DNA from: Oxalobacteraceae bacterium
GTDB taxonomy: Bacteria > Pseudomonadota > Gammaproteobacteria > Burkholderiales > Burkholderiaceae_D
DNA: 64,000 nucleotides
Reading direction: 5' to 3'
Assembly: GCA_947374865.1 (NCBI GenBank)
Contig: CANCDR010000010.1
Location: forward strand, 20,319-84,318
The notes under the pieces are model-generated. The model saw only the letters and a program-made list of their open reading frames with translations, did not search any database and was not told the origin of the DNA. Positions 1-8,737 of the stretch are shown here, piece by piece (position 1 is the first letter of the stretch; every line of letters begins with the position of its first letter). The position numbers and the translations under genes are program-made.

Positions 1-1023
1 ACCCTGCATGACATGACCCTGCGTGATGGCATGCACCCGAAACGGCATCAGATTTCGCTCGAACAGATGACCACGATTGCCCGCGGTCTCGATGAGGCCG
101 GTATGCCGCTCATCGAAGTCACCCACGGTGATGGTCTGGGCGGCGCCTCGGTCAACTACGGCTTTCCAACCCACAGCGATGAAGAGTATCTGGGCGCCGT
201 GATCCCGTTAATGAAAAATGCCAAAGTCTCGGCCCTGCTCATTCCCGGTATCGGCACCATCGAGCATCTGCACATGGTCAAGGAACTCGGCGTGCACACG
301 CTGCGTATAGCGACCCACTGCACCGAGGCCGACGTCTCCGAGCAGCACATTGCCCTGTCGCGCAAAAACGGCATGGACACGGTCGGCTTCCTGATGATGG
401 CGCACATGAACACGCCAGAAGATCTGGTCAAGCAGGCCAAGCTGATGGAAAGCTATGGCGCCAATTGCATTTACGTCGCCGATTCCGCCGGCTACATGCT
501 GCCCGATGAAGTCCGGCTGCGGGTGTCGATGGTCAAGGATGCGCTGCGCCCCGAGACCGAACTGGGCTTTCACGCGCACCATAATCTGGCCATGGGCATT
601 GCCAATTCACTCGCCGCGATTGAATGCGGCGCCAATCGCATCGATGCCGCCGCTGCTGGTCTGGGTGCGGGGGCTGGCAATACGCCGATGGAAGTTTTCG
701 TGGCCGTGTGCGAGCGCATGGGCATCGTCACCGGCGTTGACCTGTTCAAGATCAGCGACGTGGCCGAAGATTTAGTCGTGCCGATGATGGACCATATCGT
801 GCGCATCGACCGCGACGCGCTCACCCTAGGCTTTGCCGGTGTGTATTCGAGCTTCCTGTTATTCGCCAAACGGGCCGAGAAAAAATATGGCGTCAGTGCG
901 CGCTCGATTTTGCTCGAAATGGGGCGGCAAAAAATGGTCGGCGGTCAGGAAGACATGATCGAAGATACAGCGATCAACCTGGCGCGCGAAGCCGCACAGC
1001 TGTCGAAACAGCGCAGCGCCTAA
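1..1023 (+). CDS. dmpG: 4-hydroxy-2-oxovalerate aldolase (aromatic meta-cleavage pathway); 5' end cut by window edge
   Basis: Frame 1 is open from base 1 ([12 protein letters not shown]...), so the Met at 13 is internal. DmpG/MhpE-type motifs are present: [31 protein letters not shown]. Confidence 0.9.
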   Translation, partial: TLHDMTLRDGMHPKRHQISLEQMTTIARGLDEAGMPLIEVTHGDGLGGASVNYGFPTHSDEEYLGAVIPLMKNAKVSALLIPGIGTIEHLHMVKELGVHTLRIATHCTEADVSEQHIALSRKNGMDTVGFLMMAHMNTPEDLVKQAKLMESYGANCIYVADSAGYMLPDEVRLRVSMVKDALRPETELGFHAHHNLAMGIANSLAAIECGANRIDAAAAGLGAGAGNTPMEVFVAVCERMGIVTGVDLFKISDVAEDLVVPMMDHIVRIDRDALTLGFAGVYSSFLLFAKRAEKKYGVSARSILLEMGRQKMVGGQEDMIEDTAINLAREAAQLSKQRSA

Positions 1024-1237
1024 ATCATTGATACAAACGTCCCTGCTGTTCACGATCTTGCAGAGATCCTGAACGGCAGCGGGACGATTGCAGCCAATGC
1101 GAAGTCTGGCTGCTGAAATGTCAGCAGGCGCCACTGCCTGACGCGCATCGATTAAGTCGCGGCAAGGTGCGATCGCATTGGATTTCTTTAAAACAGATAT
1201 CATTGCAATTCACCTTTGCTTTTTTAAGCGACTCTGC

Positions 1238-3289
1238 ATGAAAAAAAATATCGCCCGTTTCATTCTTTTTGTCGCCCTCCATGCGCTGGCTTTATCGACC
1301 TGGGCAGCGGCTTCCAGTTCACCTGCGACGCCATTACCAGACCGTTTCCTAAACCTGCTAGAGGCCCAGGGAGTGTCCGGCCATGAAGACGAGGTGCGTG
1401 CGGCAGTACTTTCGCAGCTGCCGGACTGGGTCACACCGCAGATCGACCAGCTGGGCAATCTGATCATCACGCTCGGCAAAGGGGAGCCGCACGTTGCCAT
1501 CGTCGCAGCGCTGGATGAAAACGGCTACCTCATTTCGGGCATTACACCGGAAGGCTATCTGCGCCTACACCGCCATACCGCGCGCAATTCACATCCACTG
1601 CGCGAACAATTTTTCGTCGGCCAGCCGGTGCAAATTCGCAGCGCCAGCGGCAAATTGATTCCTGGTGTAACGACCACTCCCTCCACCCACCTGAGCCGTC
1701 TGCTGCCGGCAAACGAAACCAGTCGGGTACGAGACATGAGCGATTTATGGGTCGATGTCGGCGCGCCTGACCAGGCCACCGTTAGCCAGCTGGGACTGCG
1801 CATGCTGGATTCGGTCAATCTGCGTAATCGTGCCACGCGACTAGCCAATGACAAGGTCGCTGGCGTCGATAGCCAGCTGCGTGCCGGCGCGCAGACACTG
1901 ATTGAAATAGTGCGCGGTTATGCCTTGGCACCCCAAGTCAATGGCACGCTGACGCTGGCATGGGTGACACAGTCGCAGTTCGGCGATCATGGTCTTAACC
2001 GACTGGCGACCTCGGCCCGGCCGCAGCGCGCTTACCTGATCGGCGGTTCAGCAGGCGGTCTGCAATCCCCTCCCAAAGGCTGGGAAAATACCCGTATCGA
2101 ACTCAAGTCGGTGCCCTCACTGTTTGCGGAAACGCCGGTCGAAGTCATTGATACGCGACACATCACCGCATTGGCCAGCGAACTACAAAGCGCGGTCGGA
2201 CTGCCCACCCCTACGGTCTTACTGAGCGCCTTCAAGCAAAGTTCGAGCGCATCCCTCGCCGTCCATCCCGTCGCACCAGTTGGCTCGTTTGCCATCCTCA
2301 AGACCATGATTGAAGCATATGGCGTCTCCGAACACGAAGGCCCGGTTCGTGAAGCCATCCTCAAGGCTCTACCAGCCTGGGCCAAACCCGTGACCGACGA
2401 ACAGGGCAATCTGAGCGTAAGCTTCGGTAGCGGCGGCAAGGAACTGCTGTTCGTCGCCCATATGGACGAGGTGGGCTTCGATATCACTGGATTACGTGAA
2501 GATGGCAGCGCCCGGGTGCGGGTGCGCGGGGGGGTGTATCTGTCCCTCTACGAAGCACAGCCGGTACTGGTGCATACCGAACGTGGCATCGTGCGCGCCA
2601 TCATGACACCGCGTCCACGCTACAGTGCCGCCACCCGTTCGCAGCCCGAGATCGAAACGCTGAGCGTCTATTTTGGCACGGCATCCGCTGCCGAGACCCG
2701 TGCTCTGGGCGTGAATCCTGGCCAATCAATCACGGTACCCAAGGCCTTCGTCGAACTGGCCGCACCGCGCGCGACCGGTCGTTCCATGGACGACCGGGCT
2801 GGCGTAACTGCGCAGCTCATGGCACTGGCGACGCTGGATCCGACTAAAGTCAAAAATCAGGTGACATTTGCCTTCAGCGTGGGCGAAGAGATCGGCTTGG
2901 TCGGCGCGCGGGCACTGGCCAAACGTCTGCAGCCTGAGGTCGCCTTTGCGATCGATACGTTTGTCTCAACCGACACACCGACCGACCCGCATTATCTGGC
3001 CCATGCACCGCTCGGTGCAGGCGCCGTATTACGCGGCGTTGACAGCATGACGGTCGTACCCGCGCAAACCATGGATCGCATCACCAAACTAGCGCGCGAA
3101 AACAAGATTGCACTGCAAATCGGCGTGACCCAAGGCGGCACCGATGCCAGTGAATTCAGCAGCCGCGGTGCAATTGACGTCGGACTTTCCTGGCCAGGAC
3201 GCTACTCCCATTCCCCCGTCGAAGTGATCGACCGGCGCGACCTGGAGTCACTGGCACGTCTAATCAGCGTGCTGGCGCAGCAGTATTGA
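1238..3289 (+). CDS. Secreted tandem M42 (TET/FrvX-type) aminopeptidase fusion: degenerate N-terminal copy plus intact C-terminal copy
   Basis: ORF 1178..3289. The ATG at 1238 gives the signal peptide MKKNIARFILFVALHALALSTWA. The second half has M42 ligand motifs AHMDEVGF, SMDDRAG, VGEEIGLVGA, AFAIDTF, RYSHSPVE. The first half aligns to it but reads AALDENGY, ANDKVAG, TQSQFGDHG, AYLIGGS, LFAETPVE. Confidence 0.8.
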   Translation: MKKNIARFILFVALHALALSTWAAASSSPATPLPDRFLNLLEAQGVSGHEDEVRAAVLSQLPDWVTPQIDQLGNLIITLGKGEPHVAIVAALDENGYLISGITPEGYLRLHRHTARNSHPLREQFFVGQPVQIRSASGKLIPGVTTTPSTHLSRLLPANETSRVRDMSDLWVDVGAPDQATVSQLGLRMLDSVNLRNRATRLANDKVAGVDSQLRAGAQTLIEIVRGYALAPQVNGTLTLAWVTQSQFGDHGLNRLATSARPQRAYLIGGSAGGLQSPPKGWENTRIELKSVPSLFAETPVEVIDTRHITALASELQSAVGLPTPTVLLSAFKQSSSASLAVHPVAPVGSFAILKTMIEAYGVSEHEGPVREAILKALPAWAKPVTDEQGNLSVSFGSGGKELLFVAHMDEVGFDITGLREDGSARVRVRGGVYLSLYEAQPVLVHTERGIVRAIMTPRPRYSAATRSQPEIETLSVYFGTASAAETRALGVNPGQSITVPKAFVELAAPRATGRSMDDRAGVTAQLMALATLDPTKVKNQVTFAFSVGEEIGLVGARALAKRLQPEVAFAIDTFVSTDTPTDPHYLAHAPLGAGAVLRGVDSMTVVPAQTMDRITKLARENKIALQIGVTQGGTDASEFSSRGAIDVGLSWPGRYSHSPVEVIDRRDLESLARLISVLAQQY

Positions 3290-3411
3290 GCGGCTGAAAT
3301 GCGCGAGGATATTGCGATGCTTTTGGCACAGATGTGCAATTTGACTTATCTTGCTAATGCCTCTATATTCTCGCCATTCAAGATTTTTGACAAATTTAAC
3401 AAAGGCCATCT

Positions 3412-4206
3412 ATGAGTATCGCCGCACCAGTAAGTATTGCCAGCACCCCAGCGCCACTGCAGGACGTGGAACAGCATCTGCGTGATCAGGTCGCCGCCTG
3501 CACGCTGATGCTCAATGATCTGGAGATCATGGGCTATAGCGGCCACGTCAGCGCGCGTTTGCCTGAGGGTCGCGGCTTTTTGATCCAGTCGGTCGATCAG
3601 AGTCGTGCATCGCTGCGTCCGGAACTGTTACTGATCTGCGATATGGATGGCTATTTAGTATCCGGGCCAGCCGGTCTGCGTCCGCCATCAGAAGTATTCC
3701 TGCATTCGGAAATTTTCCGTGTGCGTCCGGACGTCAATTCGATCGCCCATTTTCATCATGACCGCACGGCCTCCTTTACCCTGGCCGATGGCCCGCAGTT
3801 AGTCCCGGTTAAAAATCATGCCGTGCGCTGGGCGAATGGCATACCGGTGCACCCGAATCCCAATCATGTCAATTCCCCGGAGCGCGGCCGTGCGCTGGCG
3901 ACTACCCTTGGCGCGTCGCACGCTGCACTGATCCGCGCCCATGGCCAGGTCATCGTCGCTGAGAGCGTGCCGGGAGTCTTGATCGACAGTGTGCATTTCG
4001 TCGAAAACGCCGAAGCCATGTACGATGCCTGTATGCTCGGCCGTGTACTCCCGCTGAGCGCGGAAGAAATCGCTTCCTTTAGCAAAGACATCAAGCGCGA
4101 AAAACATATCAATAAACTGTGGACTTATTATGTCGGTCGCGCACAGTCACTCGGATTGTTGCCGCAGACCTGGAACCTCCAACCGAAACTCAGTACTGCC
4201 GCGTAA
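3412..4206 (+). CDS. Class II aldolase/adducin family protein
   Basis: 264-aa ORF with family-typical segments GHVSARLPEG..FLIQS, PSEVFLHSEIFRVRPDVNSIAHFHH and ALIRAHGQVIVAES. Confidence 0.8.
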   Translation: MSIAAPVSIASTPAPLQDVEQHLRDQVAACTLMLNDLEIMGYSGHVSARLPEGRGFLIQSVDQSRASLRPELLLICDMDGYLVSGPAGLRPPSEVFLHSEIFRVRPDVNSIAHFHHDRTASFTLADGPQLVPVKNHAVRWANGIPVHPNPNHVNSPERGRALATTLGASHAALIRAHGQVIVAESVPGVLIDSVHFVENAEAMYDACMLGRVLPLSAEEIASFSKDIKREKHINKLWTYYVGRAQSLGLLPQTWNLQPKLSTAA

Positions 4207-4231
4207 TGAGGTTTTTGCCCTCGTGAATTGA

Positions 4232-4426
4232 GGGCAAGTCCTGCCAGCACTGCTCGGCAACGAACCGGGACAAGGTCTCAGCAATCTTGACGATGCGCCG
4301 CTGGCAGAAATCATAGGCCGCGTTCCCTGGGCAGCAGAAGTATTTAATTACAGTGCGCCCGATACCGGCAACATGGAATTGCTGCAGATGTTCGGCAGCC
4401 ATGAACAAAAAAGTCGCTGGCTCAAG
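4232..4426 (+). pseudogene. Remnant (~65 codons) of an acyl-CoA dehydrogenase (ACAD10/11-like) gene
   Basis: The frame-2 translation between stops reads [51 protein letters not shown]. This matches the conserved N-terminal ACAD block (..GLSNLEYAPLAE..GR...[14 protein letters not shown]...G...QK..WL.PLL). Similarity stops at WLK and there is no upstream or downstream continuation. Confidence 0.65.
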
Positions 4427-4542
4427 CAAACGAAGAAGCAACGAAAGTCTTCCTACGGATCATCATGCCGCCATCAGTGCTGCCACGATAAACCTGATTT
4501 TTTACCTTTGCCGAGGCATGTCTAAAGTTGAGTAGCCATGCT

Positions 4543-4992
4543 TTAGCCGATTTCGGTATCTGTGGCGAACTTAAGATTACGCCGCAAAACTACCGGCGTG
4601 CCGCCATAAGCCCGTTTTGCCATCCATTGTGCCAGCGGCGCATCGAGATAGTCGGCATGTCCTGGAAACCAGCGCACCAGTTCTGCGACCAGAGGACGAC
4701 AGCGTTCAACCAAGCCATCCTGACTGAGTTGGGCAATAACTTCACGGGTCGACTTCATGACCGCGGCATGCTCATCTACATGGCAATCCGTGGCAGGAAA
4801 GGCCGTCGAGATCATCCATTGTTTTTCTTGCTCGAAATGCTGCTCAAGGTGCTCAGCAAAATGTTTTAGCGCCGGCAAAAACGCTGACTCCGTCGCATTC
4901 AGCAGCGTCTGCACCCGCTCAACAAACTCATGGTGCGTATCATCCATCGGGCCGTAGCCAAGCAAAAAAGCGTCATTCCATTCAAATTCCAA
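4543..4992 (-). CDS. Bacteriohemerythrin / hemerythrin-like metal-binding protein
   Basis: 149 aa. It opens with FEWNDAFLLGYGPMDDTHHEFV, followed by HFAEHLEQHFEQE and CHVDEHAAV (His/Glu ligand pattern of hemerythrin). Confidence 0.85.
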   Translation of the reverse strand: MEFEWNDAFLLGYGPMDDTHHEFVERVQTLLNATESAFLPALKHFAEHLEQHFEQEKQWMISTAFPATDCHVDEHAAVMKSTREVIAQLSQDGLVERCRPLVAELVRWFPGHADYLDAPLAQWMAKRAYGGTPVVLRRNLKFATDTEIG

Positions 4993-5035
4993 TTGATTCT
5001 TTCATTTTTCAAAAGCATCAGCTTATCACTTGCTT

Positions 5036-5070
5036 AGCTTGTGGGGTCAAGTCTTGACATGACAGTTTTT
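5036..5070 (+). repeat. Copy 1 of the 28-nt element (variant GGGGTCAAGTCTTGACATGACAGTTTTT) with shared left flank AGCTTGT
   Basis: Direct reading. It matches 5151..5186 except for one A/G difference. Confidence 0.9.
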
Positions 5071-5150
5071 AAGCAAATCTCCCAGCTGCGTTGAGCACCA
5101 TTGATCGCCATTTATAGGGAAAGTGTTGACTCAAATAAGCCTTGTATTGT

Positions 5151-5186
5151 AGCTTGTGGGGTCAGGTCTTGACATGACAGTTTTTT
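5151..5186 (+). repeat. Copy 2 of the 28-nt element GGGGTCAGGTCTTGACATGACAGTTTTT
   Basis: Direct reading. It lies 54 nt upstream of the 5240 start codon. Confidence 0.9.
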
Positions 5187-5239
5187 AAATTTTTCCCACG
5201 CAAAACGCGTCCGCATTTACTCTTGCAACAATCAAACCA

Positions 5240-6370
5240 ATGCAAATACACATATTATTTTCACTTTTTCTCTTGTCGATTTTTCTCTCGCCTGCCGTCG
5301 GCGCAGATGTGCGCTTAAAAGATCTGCATGTACCGTCCGGTTTTAAGATCGAGGTTTTGACCGACGCTGTTCCCAACGCTCGGCAAATGGCGATCGGCGG
5401 CAATGTGGACGGGCGCACGGTGCTTTACGTTGGCAGCATGAAGGCTGGCAAGGTCTATGCGGTGGAGCTGGAAAAGGGGCAGGCGGTAAAAGTACACACA
5501 ATTGCCACCGACCTGCAGCTGCCCGTCGGACTAGCTTATCGCGATGGCAATTTGTATGTTTCCGCGGTATCCAGCATCTTGCGGTTTGAGCATATCGATA
5601 GCCGGCTAGCCAATCCGCCCAAGCCCCTCGTCATCACCGACCGCTTTCCACCAGAAACGCACCACGGCTGGAAATTTATCGCCTTCGGTCCCGATGGATG
5701 GCTGTACGTTCCGGTCGGCGCGCCTTGTAATATTTGCGATCCTGATCCGCGCTATGCCAATATTCAACGCATGAAGCCCGACGGTAGTGCGCTCGAAACC
5801 GTCGCCCGCGGCGTGCGCAATTCTGTGGGATTTGACTGGAATCCGCTCGATCAAAGTTTGTGGTTCACGGAAAATGGCCGCGACATGATGGGCGACGACA
5901 TGCCCAATGATGAGCTCAATCATCTTGAAAAATCGGGCCAGCATTTTGGCTATCCCTATTGTCATCAAGGCGATACGCCGGATCCGGAATTCGGCGCGAA
6001 GCGTCAATGCGGAGAATTTACACCGCCGGTGATCAAACTCGGCGCGCATGTCGCCTCCCTGGGAATGCGCTTTTACACCGGCAAACAATTTCCACAGGAA
6101 TATCGGAATAATATCTTTATCGCAGAACACGGCTCATGGAACCGCAGCATCAAAGTGGGCTACCGCATCGTGCGCGTCGCCTTGGATCCTGCTGGTCGTG
6201 TTTTGAAGCACGAGCCATTTGTGGATGGCTGGCTATACAAGGACGCTAGTGGCAAAGAGCTTGCTTGGGGACGTCCTGCAGATGTCCTCAATATGCCTGA
6301 TGGCTCATTGCTCATTAGTGATGATTTGGCAGGAGTCATTTATCGCGTGCGCTATGTTGGCGCGCAATAA
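5240..6370 (+). CDS. PQQ-dependent sugar dehydrogenase / sorbosone dehydrogenase family protein, secreted
   Basis: 376 aa with an N-terminal signal peptide (MQIHILFSLFLLSIFLSPAVGA). Family-typical blocks: HHGWKFIAFGPDGWLYVPVGAPCN, WFTENGRDMMGDDMPNDELNHL, GQHFGYPYCHQG. Confidence 0.85.
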   Translation: MQIHILFSLFLLSIFLSPAVGADVRLKDLHVPSGFKIEVLTDAVPNARQMAIGGNVDGRTVLYVGSMKAGKVYAVELEKGQAVKVHTIATDLQLPVGLAYRDGNLYVSAVSSILRFEHIDSRLANPPKPLVITDRFPPETHHGWKFIAFGPDGWLYVPVGAPCNICDPDPRYANIQRMKPDGSALETVARGVRNSVGFDWNPLDQSLWFTENGRDMMGDDMPNDELNHLEKSGQHFGYPYCHQGDTPDPEFGAKRQCGEFTPPVIKLGAHVASLGMRFYTGKQFPQEYRNNIFIAEHGSWNRSIKVGYRIVRVALDPAGRVLKHEPFVDGWLYKDASGKELAWGRPADVLNMPDGSLLISDDLAGVIYRVRYVGAQ

Positions 6371-6393
6371 ATAAGTTTGATGCATGACAACTT

Positions 6394-6422
6394 AAAAAAC
6401 TGTCATGTCAAGACCTGACCCC
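6394..6422 (-). repeat. Copy 3 of the 28-nt element, inverted orientation
   Basis: The + strand reads AAAAAACTGTCATGTCAAGACCTGACCCC. It overlaps the stop codon of the glycosyltransferase ORF. Confidence 0.9.
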
Positions 6423-7238
6423 ATGGTTTTTTAGGCCGCGGCTTGCTTCGATGGTGCGGTTTTGTGCGCGTGCGAGTACGAGGTCGCGGTTGCTTGATGC
6501 TTGGTCACGTTGGGCTTCGCGGTGCCAGAGGTGGAATACTTCGGTGGCGAAGGCGCCGTCTTTGCGCATCACGCCGGCGTTGAATAGCCTTACTACCAGG
6601 TCCGAATCTTCATGGCCCCAGCCGAGGAAGCTTTCATCAAAGCCATTTACGAGCGCCAAATCGCTGCGCCAGACACCCAGATTACAGCTCTTGATACGAC
6701 GCCAGCTAAAGCTTCGGCGTTCACGCCCCAAGTCAGGCCAGCGTAGCACCCACTGCAACAGTTTGTTGACGTGACCTTGCAAACGCCAACCTAGTTTGCT
6801 TGCCAGAGGAACGCGCGAGAGGTCGATCCCTTCGGCCATGACACGCTCGCTCAGTGCCGCACTCATGAGCACCCTGCTCCCCGAGACCAGAAAACCAGGT
6901 CGCGCCAGCTGGCGGTGACGCGCGACAAAATCACGTTGGGGTATGCAGTCCCCATCCAGAAAAACAATATACGCACCATGCGCTGCCAATGTGCCACGAT
7001 TGCGCGCCATCGCCGCACGAAAGCCTTCATCACTTTGCCAAACATGCACCAGCGACACCGGCGACTCAGCCCGCAAGCGGTCGATCATTTCCCTTGTGTT
7101 GGCAGTGGAGCCGTCATCGGCGATAATGATTTCAAAATGCTTCTCACTCTGCACAAAACAGGCCCGAATCACCGTCTCGAGCGCATCGGGTCGGTTATAT
7201 GTCGTAATGACAAGAGAAATAGTCGCGTCTAGATGCAT
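6408..7238 (-). CDS. Family 2 glycosyltransferase
   Basis: 276 aa. GT2 signature ISLVITTYNRPDALE...IIIADDGS...FLDGDCIP and a C-terminal GWGHEDSDL block. The last four codons plus the stop lie inside repeat copy 3. Confidence 0.85.
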   Translation of the reverse strand: MHLDATISLVITTYNRPDALETVIRACFVQSEKHFEIIIADDGSTANTREMIDRLRAESPVSLVHVWQSDEGFRAAMARNRGTLAAHGAYIVFLDGDCIPQRDFVARHRQLARPGFLVSGSRVLMSAALSERVMAEGIDLSRVPLASKLGWRLQGHVNKLLQWVLRWPDLGRERRSFSWRRIKSCNLGVWRSDLALVNGFDESFLGWGHEDSDLVVRLFNAGVMRKDGAFATEVFHLWHREAQRDQASSNRDLVLARAQNRTIEASRGLKNHGVRS

Positions 7239-7294
7239 GCTGTTTGATCGAACTTTTCACATACCAAAACAGCAGATTACCTATTTAAAGTTGC

Positions 7295-8551
7295 ATGAAC
7301 AATAGACTCAAGCAAATAATTTCACCAAAGCAGCTGGTCGCGGGCCTACTGGTGTTTTTGCTGCCATTTCTCAGCCTCGTGACCCTGTGGGGCGTGAGTG
7401 GCGTCAGCTTCGGCATTGCGGCTGTCGCTGCGCTGATCATCATCACCGGCCAGGGACGCAGCGTGATGGCACCACATTGGCGCGCCGTGCGTCCGGTGTG
7501 CTTGGCTTTCCTGCTTCATTTTCTATTCACTCTGGCTTGTCTGATTCTGCGTAGCGAGGCAATCCTGTCCGCGCTCGAAAGGCCGGCGCGCATGTTGTTG
7601 GCAATATCTGCGCTGATGCTGGTTTTGTGGGCACGTCCCGATCGTCGATTTCTTTGGTGGGGCGTTGCCGGCGGTGCCTTGGCGGGTGCTTTTCTGGTCG
7701 GTTATCAGAGGCTCGGTCTGGACATGGATCGTCCCGGTGGTTTGATGAATGCGATCACCTTTGGCGATATGTCGCTCTGTCTGGGTTTGATTTCGATCGC
7801 CGCCATGATCGACCAGCGCAGCGCGCGACAAATGATATGGCCCATCATCGGTCTGATCGCCGGTCTGGCCGGATCGGTCATGACAGGCACGCGGGGTGGC
7901 TGGCCTGCGTTGGCGTTGGCGGCTGTGATCATGGTTCGCTATAGTCATGCGCTCAATAGTCGGCGTGTGCGTGCCTGGGTAATCGTGAGTTTTGTCTTGG
8001 TCGGCGCTACCTATTTCATCCCTGGCAGCGGCGTGAGCGAGCGCGTCGACGAAGGTATCGCCGGGATCAGCAGTTATTTTAATGGTGGAAGTGTCTTCAC
8101 CATCATGGGTATCCGGCTCGAGCTCTGGAAGAGCGCCAGCATGCTGATCGCCGAACATCCCCTGCTGGGTATCGACTACCAGGCCGCTGCTGTGCGTATG
8201 ACCGAATGGGTCGCTGCAGGTCGTCTGGATCCCGTGGTACTGACCATGCCGCACTTACACAATGAATACTTACAGAAATGGGTGACGGGCGGTGCCGTCG
8301 GTTTGGTGATCTGGCTAGCGACCCTGATCACCCCAATAATTTTTTTCGCCCGCCAGCTCGCTCCAGGTGCTCAAGCAAACAAAACCGTCATCGCCTGCGC
8401 CCTCGCCGGCCAATTCGTCGTCACGAGCTATCTGTGCTTTGGCCTCACCGAAGTCATCTTCTGGTCAGTCAAAGCCAGCCTCTTCTATGCACTCATGGTC
8501 TTCCTACTCATGGGCCTCTGCCTCAACGAAACCCCTGGGGTCAGGTCTTGA
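7295..8551 (+). CDS. O-antigen ligase (Wzy_C) family membrane protein
   Basis: 418 aa and polytopic (about 10 or more hydrophobic segments). It has a Wzy_C-like central loop region (..GTRGGWPALALAAV..) and is divergent from the GT2 gene. The last four codons plus the stop lie inside repeat copy 4. Confidence 0.75.
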   Translation: MNNRLKQIISPKQLVAGLLVFLLPFLSLVTLWGVSGVSFGIAAVAALIIITGQGRSVMAPHWRAVRPVCLAFLLHFLFTLACLILRSEAILSALERPARMLLAISALMLVLWARPDRRFLWWGVAGGALAGAFLVGYQRLGLDMDRPGGLMNAITFGDMSLCLGLISIAAMIDQRSARQMIWPIIGLIAGLAGSVMTGTRGGWPALALAAVIMVRYSHALNSRRVRAWVIVSFVLVGATYFIPGSGVSERVDEGIAGISSYFNGGSVFTIMGIRLELWKSASMLIAEHPLLGIDYQAAAVRMTEWVAAGRLDPVVLTMPHLHNEYLQKWVTGGAVGLVIWLATLITPIIFFARQLAPGAQANKTVIACALAGQFVVTSYLCFGLTEVIFWSVKASLFYALMVFLLMGLCLNETPGVRS

Positions 8552-8564
8552 CATGACAGTTTTT
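8537..8564 (+). repeat. Copy 4 of the 28-nt element
   Basis: Direct reading: GGGGTCAGGTCTTGACATGACAGTTTTT. Confidence 0.9.
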
Positions 8565-8672
8565 CACAATCGATTAGCCGCATCTGCAACGCCACACACG
8601 CCCGGCGAATTAAATAGTACCAACGCATTCAATCCGCACTAATCGCACATCAGCCAATTCACCAGCAGGCTA

Positions 8673-8700
8673 AAAAACAAAAAAGCCTACAAGCTTGTGA
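8673..8700 (+). repeat. Left copy of a 28-bp direct repeat AAAAACAAAAAAGCCTACAAGCTTGTGA
   Basis: 27/28 identical to 16392..16419 in the same orientation. Sequence beyond CTTGTGA diverges. Confidence 0.9.
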
Positions 8701-8737
8701 TCTATACGCCTTTTTTCTCTATCGAATGCCCGTTTGA

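Noticed and set aside
4190-4535. ORF-track entries 4190..4441 (-) and 4353..4535 (+).
   Set aside because: Neither has recognisable motifs. The region is better explained by the frame-2 acyl-CoA dehydrogenase remnant.
5169-5197. TTGACA inside the 28-nt element, considered as a -35 box for the downstream gene.
   Set aside because: No acceptable -10 hexamer is present at 16-18 bp spacing in any of the copies I checked.
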